Source: Tubiluchus corallicola (Eukaryota > Animalia > Priapulida). Taken from it: a stretch of 64,000 nucleotides of DNA. Within the stretch, counting starts at the first letter, position 1. The number at the start of each line of letters is the position of its first letter. Below are positions 53,501 through 64,000 of the stretch, piece after piece. The notes under the pieces are model-generated. The model made no database searches. It was given only the letters and a program-made list of their open reading frames with translations, and was not told the origin of the DNA. Made by a program: the position numbers and the translations under genes. The stretch covers positions 992,001-1,056,000 of the forward strand of contig JAQGDQ010000024.1 of the NCBI GenBank assembly GCA_030141605.1, in the 5' to 3' direction.

Positions 53501-56500
53501 CATTTGTCAGCAATGAAGATATGCCACATTAGTGTAAAAGACATGCTACAAATCGTACAGATTATCAAATAAACGATATTTACGCTTTATTTGAACTATT
53601 TTAGCCAAAGTTTTTCAGCTATTTTTAACATCTAGGAGATAAAAGGTAAGCTGGATAAATATCTCGAAAAACGCTACTGAAAGTTTCGGGTTACGATTTC
53701 GACGAAAACGAGGTTCAACCACGAAAAATATTCTCAATGAATTTACGCGATTTACAAAAATGGCACTACCGGTGTTCCAAAAACTCGGAATTCCGCATAT
53801 CCGCGGAAAATTCTCATCCCTGTACAATGAACACTTCAGGAATGCAAGATACCAAACGAAAAACCAATTAATTATTGTTATTATTAACCAACCGAAGAAC
53901 CCTTTTGTGCCTAAATGTTTTATTAAGAGCTACCTGGCCTCATGTTTATTAAAGAACTTTCTATCAAAGAATGCTCACCTTCAACAATAGACTTTTCTTC
54001 TCAAGCGATGACTTGTTTTTGTCTTTCTGTTCTTCCTTTGCTTCACGATGATTGTTTTGAGAAATCAATTTGGAATATACATTATTCTTTGGAGACCTGT
54101 ACAAAAAATGATGCATAGATTAATAGCTTCTGATGTTTCTATAATACATGTAATATATGTTGACTAATAGCAGCTAGAGGGCGGGCTAAACTTTGCAGTA
54201 CGTATAAGATATATATTAGTACATAGTTTTATGCTATGTACTTGAAAAAGGATAAGAATGAGAAATGTGTTTTTAATATTTTATGCTACTTGGCTCTGTC
54301 TTATCTACATGTATGATATTTGCAGATTATACAAATGAAAAACTGCTCAGAACACTAGCCATGTGTACAGTCTTGCAGTGTTAAAGCACGGAGTTTTCTA
54401 ATAGAACATAGTTAAAAAGCAACTCAAGTACTACTTACCACTGATGTGAACCCATTTTCTCTGATTACATTATATCACAAAAAAAGTAGTAAGATAGTGG
54501 CAAAGGCAAAAGTGCCAGAGCCTACTCATACCACCGTACATGCACATATGTTAATGAAAATGTCAGAGTCCAAGTTTTATGCAAACATTGCTAGCTAGAA
54601 CAGCTTTCTCAAACAACAGTACTGCACATAAAGCAGCTAACATTACACGAGTATGCCCTAGAAACCTTTGGATTTTTGTTGCCATGTGTGTGTAATAACT
54701 GCCATGTTTGCTGTTACTCAGTCAATAAAATTATGCCTATGAATGGACTAACAAATTGAATTAAAATGTTTACACATTAAAACTATGGAAACTTAAAGTG
54801 CGCAATTAACATCACTATTCATATTTCAATGTACCTGAAGTATGCAGACTACTCAATTGATATCCTTAATGTACAACGAAGCACATTTCTACATTGCTGA
54901 CAAGGCTTTTATGTTTATAACTAATTGTTAATGTTCCACCTAAGGCTATACGGTAGAAAAAAGTGTTTGTTATTAGCTTGTTACGATAAGTTAGGTACTC
55001 TGATTCCAGTCTTAAATGCCAATGTCAGACCCAAGACTCAAAAGTCCATATTGATAATACGTAAACTATATTTAATTTAATGTTATTGCTGATAAGATGA
55101 TACTACTAAGCATACTTAATATTGCTGCACTACATTTCCAATATGCATTTTACTTTAAAAACACAATTATTTTTTATTACAATTTTTAACACTTGATTAT
55201 CCCTAAGACAAAAAACACCACTCATAAAAATGTTTAAATTTAAAATGGTATGTGACCATTACATTAAATTTACCATCTATCTATCTATCTATATATATAT
55301 ATAATATTTTTGACTGTTTTTTGAGTAAACAATAGTAGAAAATATGGGTATGGCTGGCGTTAATTATGATTTTACTGCATCTGCACCCATCTTTCTGTTT
55401 TGTGTCTGCAATTAGTCCGTCTCTCATTATTTCTGCAATGAATGACCAGAACGACATGAAACTTACCTCTTAATGAAATTTCACTCATTAAAACCAATTA
55501 TCTCTTTGGGTTACACCTGCTTTTTCATGTACTGAGTCCAGTGATTCTGACCTTCCCCTGTTGACAAATGAAGTATAAGTGAGAGGGGAATGCTCTGGGT
55601 ACAAACAGTCTGGCTTGAAACATGTCATAAGAGCAGTAATGCCTGCGAAAAAATTATTAGTGCCATGTCATTTACAAGCAGCAACATCACCTCTCAGTTT
55701 CACACGGATACTAACAACTGCATGCTCGATGGATGGACGACAGGGTGGATCCTAACAATTACAATCACAAGTGGAGGGACAGATACACGGACAAACACTA
55801 ACAACTACACGAGCAAGATGGATTCTATATTTTTTTGTGCAACTTCGTTGGGAGGGATAATAAAAATTTCAATGGAAGTTATAGCTAGATGAAACAATTA
55901 TTTGCAATTAGGTGATAAAATTAAAATTTTGAAATGCATACACAGTCTTTCAAATATTGAGCTCCGTGACCTTAACTTTGACCTTCTGACCTCAAAATTA
56001 ATGGGGTTCTTTTCCTATTGATGACAATAGTTTTCTATTAATGAATGACATATGTGAAACACGAACGCTTAATGTCAATATACGGGTCAGTTACGGAACT
56101 TAAAATACGGGTCAGTTATTCAGAATAAAATGCACGTACAAGGTTTTTCATGTATCAGACATGTACTGTGATCCTGACCTTCGACCGTAGGACCTAAAAA
56201 TCAACAGGCTTCTTTCTGTATTGGTGAGTGACTTATTTATGAAAGACAAAAGCTTTGGGTCATTTATTTGGGTTTAAACTGCTTCAACAAGTGTTGGGTA
56301 AAGTGACCTTGACCTTTGACCCTGGGATACCAAAATCCATAGAGTTCTTCACAACTTCTTTCCCGATTACAGCAATGATAATTTTGACATAGGACATAGT
56401 CCAGGATAACTGTCCGCAAACAGGTAAAATAACTTAATATTTATTTCCAAAATGGTCCCGATTATTATTACAGTAACTTACTTCAATAAACACACATGCT

Positions 56501-57045
56501 TAGCCGAAGAATCAGGGTGCCGTTTTTAAATATTTGTCACGACTCATTCGGGAACTGAACCCGCGACTTCCAGGGTGAAAAGCAAGCACACTAGAATGAG
56601 CTATACAACCTAATCTTATATTACGGATTAACACACTTATGGAGGCATTACTAGAATTGAGCAATTTAGTAGCAAAGGGATAATAAATACATTACTTACT
56701 AATACTATTATTAACTAGTGATAATTAGTATGAAGTAAGCCCAGTAGTAAGAAATAACATCATGTGTAATATTACTGACATAAGACAGAAATATTTCTTG
56801 TTTCAAAGGTTTTTAAAGGCAGCAAAAATCTATAAATATTTTTAAAAAATCTTTGAAATGTCAAATATTTCTGTCTTACGTCTAATAGTGACTAATTCAC
56901 TTGGCTGGCGATTCGTATCGGTCCTATAGCATCCACCGATGGTTTCTTGTAAAAAACAGTTCCAGCTAATCTGAACATGGTCGTTGTTTTTTTTCTGTTT
57001 TCTTTTGACTTCTTTCATTCTGCTTTTTTCTACTAACTGCAACAT
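41569..57045 (-). CDS. GRAMD1: GRAM domain-containing protein 1 / Aster (GRAM + VASt/StART-like + TM + luminal helix), ~774 aa
   Basis: Exons 56880-57045, 54439-54460, 53979-54096, 52055-52145, 51318-51421, 50432-50608, 49920-50240, 48784-48973, 48017-48160, 47509-47627, 46668-46857, 45691-45744, 44772-44921, 43479-43578, 42787-42900, 42538-42658, 41569-41712; all phases consistent. GRAM: STYKAKTEEFKKLF...DYSCGLQKDVIILGRLYLTQNWLCFHANLFKWET...FTSFRNRDKSFIMIFRIWQNALLDQ; then ELWYWIHQAYGDDLGLTSEDEDY; VASt: GVPYGETF.VESKFCITR...LIEKNTVSG; TM VLAVLVVLIFVNLNLY; C-terminal helix HWSDLFKEQKDMH...VEQMQNTLLEL. The first two exons are less certain. Confidence 0.93.
42005..42240. repeat. Degenerate gc(c)ca(t/c)attggatg-type repeat in a GRAMD1 intron
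   Basis: gctgccatattggatg, gctattttggatg, gctgccacattgg, gcatactggatg, gccacactggag; two copies of tattt.gatagagt.gg..acatcga about 85-90 bp apart. Confidence 0.55.
49387..49642. mobile_element. MITE-like element with long imperfect terminal inverted repeats
   Basis: 49411-49474 aataacttgatctgctggcttattctttttattttaaaactactaaattctc... is the near reverse complement of 49554-49619 ...gagcatttagtggtttcaaaatacaaataataagccagcaaatcaagttatt; ~80-bp spacer; outer ends and TSD unclear. Confidence 0.7.
53173..53822. mobile_element. 650-bp non-autonomous DNA transposon (hAT-like TIR, 6-bp TSD) in a GRAMD1 intron
   Basis: Perfect 13-bp terminal inverted repeats CAGGGATGAGAAT (53173-53185) and ATTCTCATCCCTG (53810-53822), flanked on both sides by TACAAT; no transposase ORF inside. 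Confidence 0.85.
55530..56355 (+). mobile_element. Degenerate Helentron/HINE-like non-autonomous element(s) with internal gtgaccttgacctttgacc repeats
   Basis: Three diverged units gtgacc(t)tgacc(t)ttgacc...caaaat(c)aat.g.gttctt at ~55967, ~56168 and ~56303; ggatggac/ggacaga tracts; terminal-like aacttcgttgggagggataataa at ~55841-55863. These resemble Helitron-N/Helentron-associated repeats known from marine invertebrates (recognised from memory). Confidence 0.55.
56536..56606 (-). mobile_element. tRNA-derived SINE head remnant (tRNA-Glu-like)
   Basis: Minus strand reads gtatagctcattctagtgtgcttgcttttcaccctggaagtcgcgggttcagttcccga: A-box-like, ctttcac anticodon-like loop, B-box-like ggttcagttccc; no complete cloverleaf. 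Confidence 0.5.
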
Positions 57046-57584
57046 AGCTCTCCTTTATTCTCCTCTCCTATCATCATTTTCATTCTTTACTTCACATTTC
57101 ATGGAACCTTAACAAGGTCCCTTTACCACTACCTTGCACCAAACTTCAGCAATTTAGTATAGTACATTTAGGGGTCAGAAATTTTTTTAATTTTTTTTCT
57201 TCAATTATATAAAAAGTTGTACACGTAATATATTTGTATTGTAGTTTGCTTGTGAAATAAAGTAAATTCGAAAAGATATTGTAATAAGTACAGACTGCTT
57301 GCTAAGTATGTTAAGATGTTACATTGTGGGTAATTCTAGATCCATGGTTAGACACTACAAATACAATAATTATTATTAATATTACACAAATTCAGTAAAT
57401 TATGGCACTGCCTTCTGCAGCAGTCCTACAGTGCAAAAAATACTAGAAAGTAAAATCTTCAAAATTTCTGCGAAATTGTGACAGACGGTTGCCATCTAGG
57501 TCCTTATTTTTGGATAAGGCACGCATAACATTATATATATACTCTTTCTACCTAGTAAACAGGTGAGTTTAGGTAAAACCATTT

Positions 57585-57670
57585 CCACGTGCTGCAGGTT
57601 CTTAGACCGGTAGCTTGACGCGCGCCACCACACGGCGCACGCGCGCGTTGTAGAGTGGGGCCTCTCGAAA
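57585..57670. promoter_or_regulatory. CpG/GC-rich patch, candidate bidirectional promoter between GRAMD1 and gene 5
   Basis: ttgacgcgcgccaccacacggcgcacgcgcgcgttg is strikingly CpG-dense in an AT-rich background. It lies ~550 bp upstream of the modelled GRAMD1 ATG and beside plus-strand donor sites. Confidence 0.5.
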
Positions 57671-58519
57671 ACATTTTTGTAAACAAAATGATGGAAGGAG
57701 GGGAAGGCAGGAATATTTAAGATGAGCGTGCCGTCAAAGCAGCAGCATTTAACGGTATTGACCTACTTTAATTTAACAAGTTTTTAGTTGCAAATTATTT
57801 ACGCCAGAGGGCTACTTTTGGGTGTGAAATTTGGTCAATACCTAGCGAAATTAAACAAAATTAGTATAGTAATGAAAACGCTGAAATTGTGAAAGGTATT
57901 AAAAACATGTAGTCAGTTTCCGTTTGAGCATGTTCAAAGCAAATTTGTAAAATGAACACATTGATCAAATATTGCTTACAAAACCAAATTAGGTCTATAT
58001 CCTCTTCTTCAAAAGGCCTCAAAAATGACTTTCAAGTATGGCATAGCAGTCGCCTTGAAACCAAGAAGCACAATATTTAACCGCGTACAAGGTTATTTTC
58101 AGTCACCGTATAACTTTTTTTACAAATGGGAACACCTTGAAGACACCAGTGATTTAAAAAACCTATATATAAACGATAATTTATCAGTTTTTAAAGAACT
58201 CGAATGTTGTCACGAAGTACCAGTTTGATTCTCGCAACAATCGTTAAACGTCGCTTGTGTCATGTGGACTATTTGTCAACTGGCGTTTGATCAGTTTTAT
58301 ACTCATTTTGGCTCTCCATTGTTTAGGTTTAAGTGCACTTTAATGCCTATTTAGTTGGCTTACTTTAGAAGACATACTTGCATGGTTTAATTGCTTAGCT
58401 TTAGAAAATTATCAGGCATTTATATTTATTTACATTTCTCCCTCTCTCTCTCTCTCTCTCCCTGCCCCCTTCCCCCTCCCCCCTCTCTCTCCTCTCTCTC
58501 TCTCTCTCACAACTTATTC

Positions 58520-58755
58520 TGTGATGCATGCGTAATTTGAATGGATCACGTTTACATGCCAACTAAAGTTCTATTCTTGAGGCACATAGACATAGTGCCA
58601 TCCTACCAGTATTTTCATCTATTGAATGATGGCTCGATTCATTGACCATTATGGTCTTTCACCATCCTATTTCCTTAATCATATTCATATACATTTGCTT
58701 GTTTCATTTATACTATGTTTATGGAAATAAATCCATGCTTGAATTGAATTGAATT
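58520..58755 (+). mobile_element. LINE-like 3' end with AATAAA and (TTGAA)n tail; possible ORF1 remnant upstream
   Basis: ggaaataaatccatgcttgaattgaattgaatt at ~58723-58755. The upstream ORF 58025-58228 contains NLYINDNLS, similar to the IYINENLT motif of CR1/L2-type ORF1 proteins. Confidence 0.4.
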
Positions 58756-60333
58756 AAGTTATTGCAAATATCTGGCCTGTGTTTAACCAAAGATCAACTG
58801 CTGTATATTCTTGATAAATATTGCACTAGTATTGGTGAAGATCATAATAATTAAAACTATCCTTCCTCATCTGATTAGGCATACTTAATTATGAGCATTA
58901 AGAACACTCGAAATGTGGTTATAAAATAACATATATTTTTGTTGTGTGTGCAAAACTTCTTGGCTGTGCTTATAATCATTTACATTGTATAATCGTTTTG
59001 TCGAGATATAAGAGGTTAGGACAAATTATTTTAGCCTCTGCTAGTCTTCTCACCAGACACCTTCTAACACATGTACAACAACAAAAGTAACAGCTCTTGT
59101 ACGACACACCACTGTGTGAAAATTTTCAAAACTGGAGTATTTTATTGCAGGGTTCGGCCCACCTAGGCTAGTACAATTAAATTCTTGAAAGCGTTTTCTA
59201 CGTGCCAGTTGTAATATAGAAACTTTTGTTTGCTGATTAGGATAATTATAGTAACCAGAATTTAATATCAAGAACTTTGCATTCAACGACACAGAAAAAT
59301 GTGGTGTTGTGGCAGCATAGCCATAAGTGAGTAACTTTAAACAATTTACTAAGGTTTTTCTAGACTAAATCAAATTAACCAATCACATCGTTAAAAATGT
59401 TAAAGGCATTTAAACGCTAAAAAACCATTGAAATCATTTCAAAAATAGAAGCCCAGCCTGTAGTTTTTCAAACAAAACCTGACTACAGGCCTGGAATGAC
59501 TACTGCCTTATAACAACTACATAAATTTACTAACCATTGTCCATGCCACGCTGCCACTGCGCTTGCTACTACTTATGTTTAGTCATAGTAGCAATAAAAT
59601 TAAAATATAAAACTAACAAGTTCTGGCTAAATTTTAGGTTCAGAAAGTTCATAATCAGCATTATGATGAAGCTCTAGAGTTAACTGATAGCGAAGAAATT
59701 CCGACACCATCCCCACGACCAGCACCAAAAGGTAACATTCACAGTTATTCACACACAAGACCTTTATTTTTTATTTTTGTTCTTGTTAGAGTTTAAGGAC
59801 ATAACCTTCATTTATTTTTACCAGGAAAATTATGCTTGTCATTAGTAAAAACAATCATAGCAGACCATAAAAATTATCCTTAACTATAGAGTTATAGTGT
59901 GCCACTGCTGAGTATTGTTAAGAAATGAGAGTGTTTCAGTGTAAGCTGCCTTGTGTTGGTTATTTATGCTGTGCAGTGATTTGAACTGCAAATTTAACAC
60001 TAACACACAATTAAAGCACTTTAGATGTGGATGTATGAGTGCATATATACTGCAAACTGCCCTTAAGGCACTTTTCAATCACTCGAATTTCGAGAGATTG
60101 CCTCGTTTATTCAAGACCTAAGTGAAAGTGAAAAATTGGTAATCTTAACATAGAAGTCTTTGTATATTTATGTTTGATTTAATTTAAAGAAGTAGAATTG
60201 ATGGGTATGTAACTGTTAAGTACCGAGTATTGGAATAAGAATCAAGTAAGTTGGTCTGCTGCTTTAGGCTCCTTTTCTAACACATTTTTCTTTGCAAACG
60301 GTTTGTTTCTATAGTGTATTTCTATGATTACAG

Positions 60334-61574
60334 GGGTAGTTATTAATGATCCTGGAATTACAGCAATGACAGAACCAGGAAGTGATGATGAAATAGAACA
60401 TCAAATGGAGGAGAAGGTAATTTTTTACACCTGTGATCGTAGATACCACTTGAATAAACTATTACTTGTCATTCTAGCTAATGTTTGACTTTTGAGGACT
60501 AACTGCAACAAGACTCCGGCATAAAATTGTGCTAGTAAATAAATTTAAAATTTGTGAAGCAAAAATAAAGAATTTTATTGCATTATTCTAGTTATGTTTG
60601 CCTTATTTTGAATAACATTACTTGCATGATGAATCTTGGTAGCGTCTAAAAATCTCTAAAATAAATAATAATATTTATTTGTCTTCATACACTATGCATA
60701 AGTTTCAGTGCTGCCTACATGCAATTCAACAAAAATTAGAAATGATAATATAGAAATTAAAAATACAAAACTTAGCACTAAACTTAGCACTTAAACTTAG
60801 CACTGTACCATTTAGTAAAAAATCATTGTGGTAATTAAAAACTATTCAAGAGAATGTGCCTTAACACATGATACCATTAAAATTCACCAATATAAATATC
60901 ATTTTTGGGACTGGCTATAAAAAAGTTTTAATGAACTGCAGCTGCATAGTAAAATTCGCGAAAGAATAAAATTAAGTTACTATCATATAGGTGTAAATGT
61001 AATGCATTCTCCCTTTTTTTGTAATTTTAACCAATTGCCATTCGAGTTGTGCTAACTAGGCAAATCAATGCTGTGCGAACTTTCGTAACATGTCTGCTGA
61101 AAGAACTAACCAATTCGTTACAGGTTAGTGGGACGTGAGTTCGCATGAGTGTTTCTGCAGAAGTTACATGAGAAACTATAATTAATAATTTCATTGTCCA
61201 GAAAGTTTGTGGTTTGATTGGCCACTTATTAAGTATTGGCAGTTTTTGTATTATTGCCACTACAAATGAAAAATAATTCTTCCTACATGTACAAATTATT
61301 CAGCTTCATATGCTTTTTGATGTTATTGTTTCGAAATTATTTAATATAGTGAGCTGTAATTTGTGGTATTATTAGTAGAATTTTGGTTTGGTTTATAGAA
61401 ATGATTACTGCTGAAAATTTATATAATTTAACATATTTCTTTCCATTTGTGTTTTCATTTTTAAGATTTAAGCATTTTGTTTTTAATCACTTTTACTACA
61501 CTGCAAATTCTTGTGATTTCTTACTTTTGTTTTCTGTATATTATCAGCCTCTCCAACCTTTGTCTGCAGTGATG
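60334..61574 (+). CDS. 5' exons of an unidentified gene continuing beyond the window
   Basis: Exon 60334-60416 (ttacag| ... GAGAAG|gtaatt) is open as (G)VVINDPGITAMTEPGSDDEIEHQMEEK with an ATG at 60366. Candidate 27-nt exon 61548-61574 (PLQPLSAVM) follows a long pyrimidine tract. Upstream donor candidates at 57563 (ag|gtgagt) and ~57755. No family recognised. Confidence 0.5.
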
Positions 61575-64000
61575 GTAACACAGGTTGAATTTAAAGAGTT
61601 GCATCTATAGTTGTAGTTAACTTTATCTTTCACTGTGTTTGTTCCTATCAATGCATGATCAAACGTGATTGTGCATCTTTGTGATATTTTAATTTAATAA
61701 TTACTTAATATATGTGTTGTGTTGTGTATGTGAACATGAAAAACATGTTCACATGCTCAATTAAACGTTTTTGCATTTTTTCAACTTTTTCAAACCTTAT
61801 TTTGAAATCTTTTGCTCTTAAATCCACTTAAATTACCTAACTTCATTTAAGTGAGACATACCTTCCAAATACACTTTCCATAATTTTTAAATTGTATGGT
61901 ATCTAAAAATTTGCCCTTAAATATTGATAGTTTCTAACATAAATTGAGGGCTCAGTCACGAATTTGTAGCTAAAAAAAACAATGTAAATAATTTTTTTTA
62001 GTTTCTTAAGTATGTAAACTCATCAGAAAAAGGATTAGTTATTATCTCTGTGGTCTGCATGTCAAATTTTGACATATTTCTATACTATAAATAAAATACC
62101 ATTTGCAGAGTACAAAAGCCAAATTTAAATCTTAATTCAAGTGAAATACTATTTAAGTGTTCTTGCCTGTTTCAAACTATCTTTATGTGTTTATACAGTT
62201 ATACATAAGTTTTACACAATTGCACTGCATGGTAATCTACAATTTGATCTTATTTCTAACTGTTGCACCTTCTTATAATATTTGATGCATGGGAGAGTGG
62301 TACACACTATATCGTAAATGCTCACTTAATTACAGTAATGCATTCAAACAGGAGACAGTGTTAAGCGCATTATCATTAACCCTTCCACAGGAAGCAATGT
62401 AAAAGTATGTTCTAGGAACCAAACTTGATGATTCATAAATTAGTAATGAAATTCACTTCAGGATCAGCAATATTTTCTCCTGAGTGTCTTCTCCTCTTTC
62501 GTTGCACATTGTCATTCAAATGTTAGCATCATGGAAATCTGTCCCAAATATGCTGTGTGTTTGGGACAGGTATAACTGTTAGCAAGATGATGAAGACTTG
62601 ACATTGAATGTAATATAGCAAAAGTATGATATAAATAGCCTGGCTAAGTGTAGAAATTAAATTACATGCATATTATAGTCCAAGAAGTTAAAAACAAATT
62701 TATTGAAAAGTAATAGTTTCTGAAAATAACTTGCATCATAGTGGGATAAAGGCTGAAAATCCAAAGCTTTAAAATACTTGTAACAGTACTGTGTTAGGTT
62801 ACAGGTTTATTTAGGCAAATGTGAGTTACTACCTTCTGGCACGCAGGAATTTCTCCTTGTACTGTAAAAATGCTTGACTTGTTGAAGATAGTGAAGATTT
62901 AAAGTTATTATTATAGCTTTCGTGGTGATTTTATAGCTTTGTGAAGACCAAACTTTGTGAAAAACACTGACACCAGATTTTAAATAACATGTTAGGTTAA
63001 TTGAAGCAGGCTACCATTTTGTACAAGAGCTGCTAAAACGATTGGAAACTAGTTATTACAAACAAAGTTGTACAAGCATGGTTTATATGAGGGACTAGAA
63101 TTTAAATATTAAGAAAAACTCATGACATGGTCCCTTGCTTCAGTAAGTATCTTAGAGGTTTATAGCATAACTTTCCACAAATTTGTAATTTTGCATGACT
63201 TTTCTTAATACACTGCACAGTCTGCTGCTGAACAATTCTTCTCTATCTTTATATTGAATTGGTTGTTAGCTCTTTGTTTGTGGTGAAATTTCATAACTAA
63301 AAGTTTGCTTTAGCGTATCATATAATTATCGTTTTTTGCAGTTCAGTGCAGTTAACAGTCATTGATTGTAAAAAATTATTGTAATTCCAAAAGTATCAAC
63401 ATTTTTGAATGATTTTGTAAATTATAAGCCACACTTTGCACCTGTTTGACTTCGACATGATGTCTCATTTGGCTGAAAGATCTATTCAGATAAGTTTAAG
63501 ATTTTCCAGACATAAGAATTTTTGTATTTCTTCAATATGTGACATTACACAAGGCATAAAACAAAGTGAAACATTTGTGTCATGTTTCAGGTTTTGTCAT
63601 GCGTCAATACCAGATAACTATGACATAAATGTAATCTTAAAAAATGATCAGAGCATTACAGATATTAAATGTTTACTTTGAGCAGTGCATTTTACTCATT
63701 GCAACTGGATAAATTCACTAACGACAGCACTTCAAACATACGCAAACATGGACAGACAGTACATGTTTATGTACAAATTTATGTTTACAAATACACTGAG
63801 CTGTGCTGTTGAGGGTTTAAATGCCAACAGATGTGTATTTTTTGCAATTTTTAGATAAACTAGAATTAAGATACCCTAGCAGACCAACTGATCTATGTCC
63901 TGCCAAACAAAATTTTAGAGCAGAAAGAGATATGTCCAGTCTCCTAGTTGACAGAAATGCAGTGGACAAAGTAAAAGCCGCTAAAAATGTTGTATTTGTT

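Noticed and set aside
56598-56615. let-7-like match (ctatacaaccta is the reverse complement of taggttgtatag), searched for because vertebrate BARX loci lie near let-7 clusters
   Set aside because: The seed TGAGGTAG is absent and the match overlaps a SINE-like A-box. Other TGAGGTAG cores (~21606 plus, ~36491 minus) do not continue as let-7. No miR-100 or miR-125 match was seen by eye.

Overview
AT-rich, intron-rich animal (invertebrate, probably bilaterian) genomic DNA; not prokaryotic, and most of the supplied ORF track is exon fragments or noise. Manual splice modelling (GT-AG, phase-checked) gives four multi-exon genes plus the 5' part of a fifth. (1) Minus strand, <1-15212, running off the left edge: a secreted or surface protein with a signal-like segment, one SUEL/Gal_Lectin domain and at least 3 tandem CASPR/neurexin-IV-type fibrinogen-like domains with no LamG/EGF spacers. 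This is an architecture I do not recognise and the most novel item here. (2) A BarX homeobox gene on the plus strand (18765-28935, ~312 aa), divergent from gene 1. (3) A PLPP/PPAP2/wunen-type lipid phosphate phosphatase on the minus strand (32426-39154, ~326 aa). (4) A GRAMD1/Aster sterol transfer protein on the minus strand (41569-57045, ~774 aa). (5) An unidentified plus-strand gene starting near 57.5-60.4 kb, divergent from GRAMD1 across a CpG-rich patch. Introns carry a 650-bp TIR element with a 6-bp TSD, other MITE-like and Helentron-like elements, tRNA-derived SINE remnants, LINE-like 3' tails, tandem duplications and microsatellites. No rRNA, intact tRNA or CRISPR was seen. All assignments are by eye and from memory of protein families; no searches were run.
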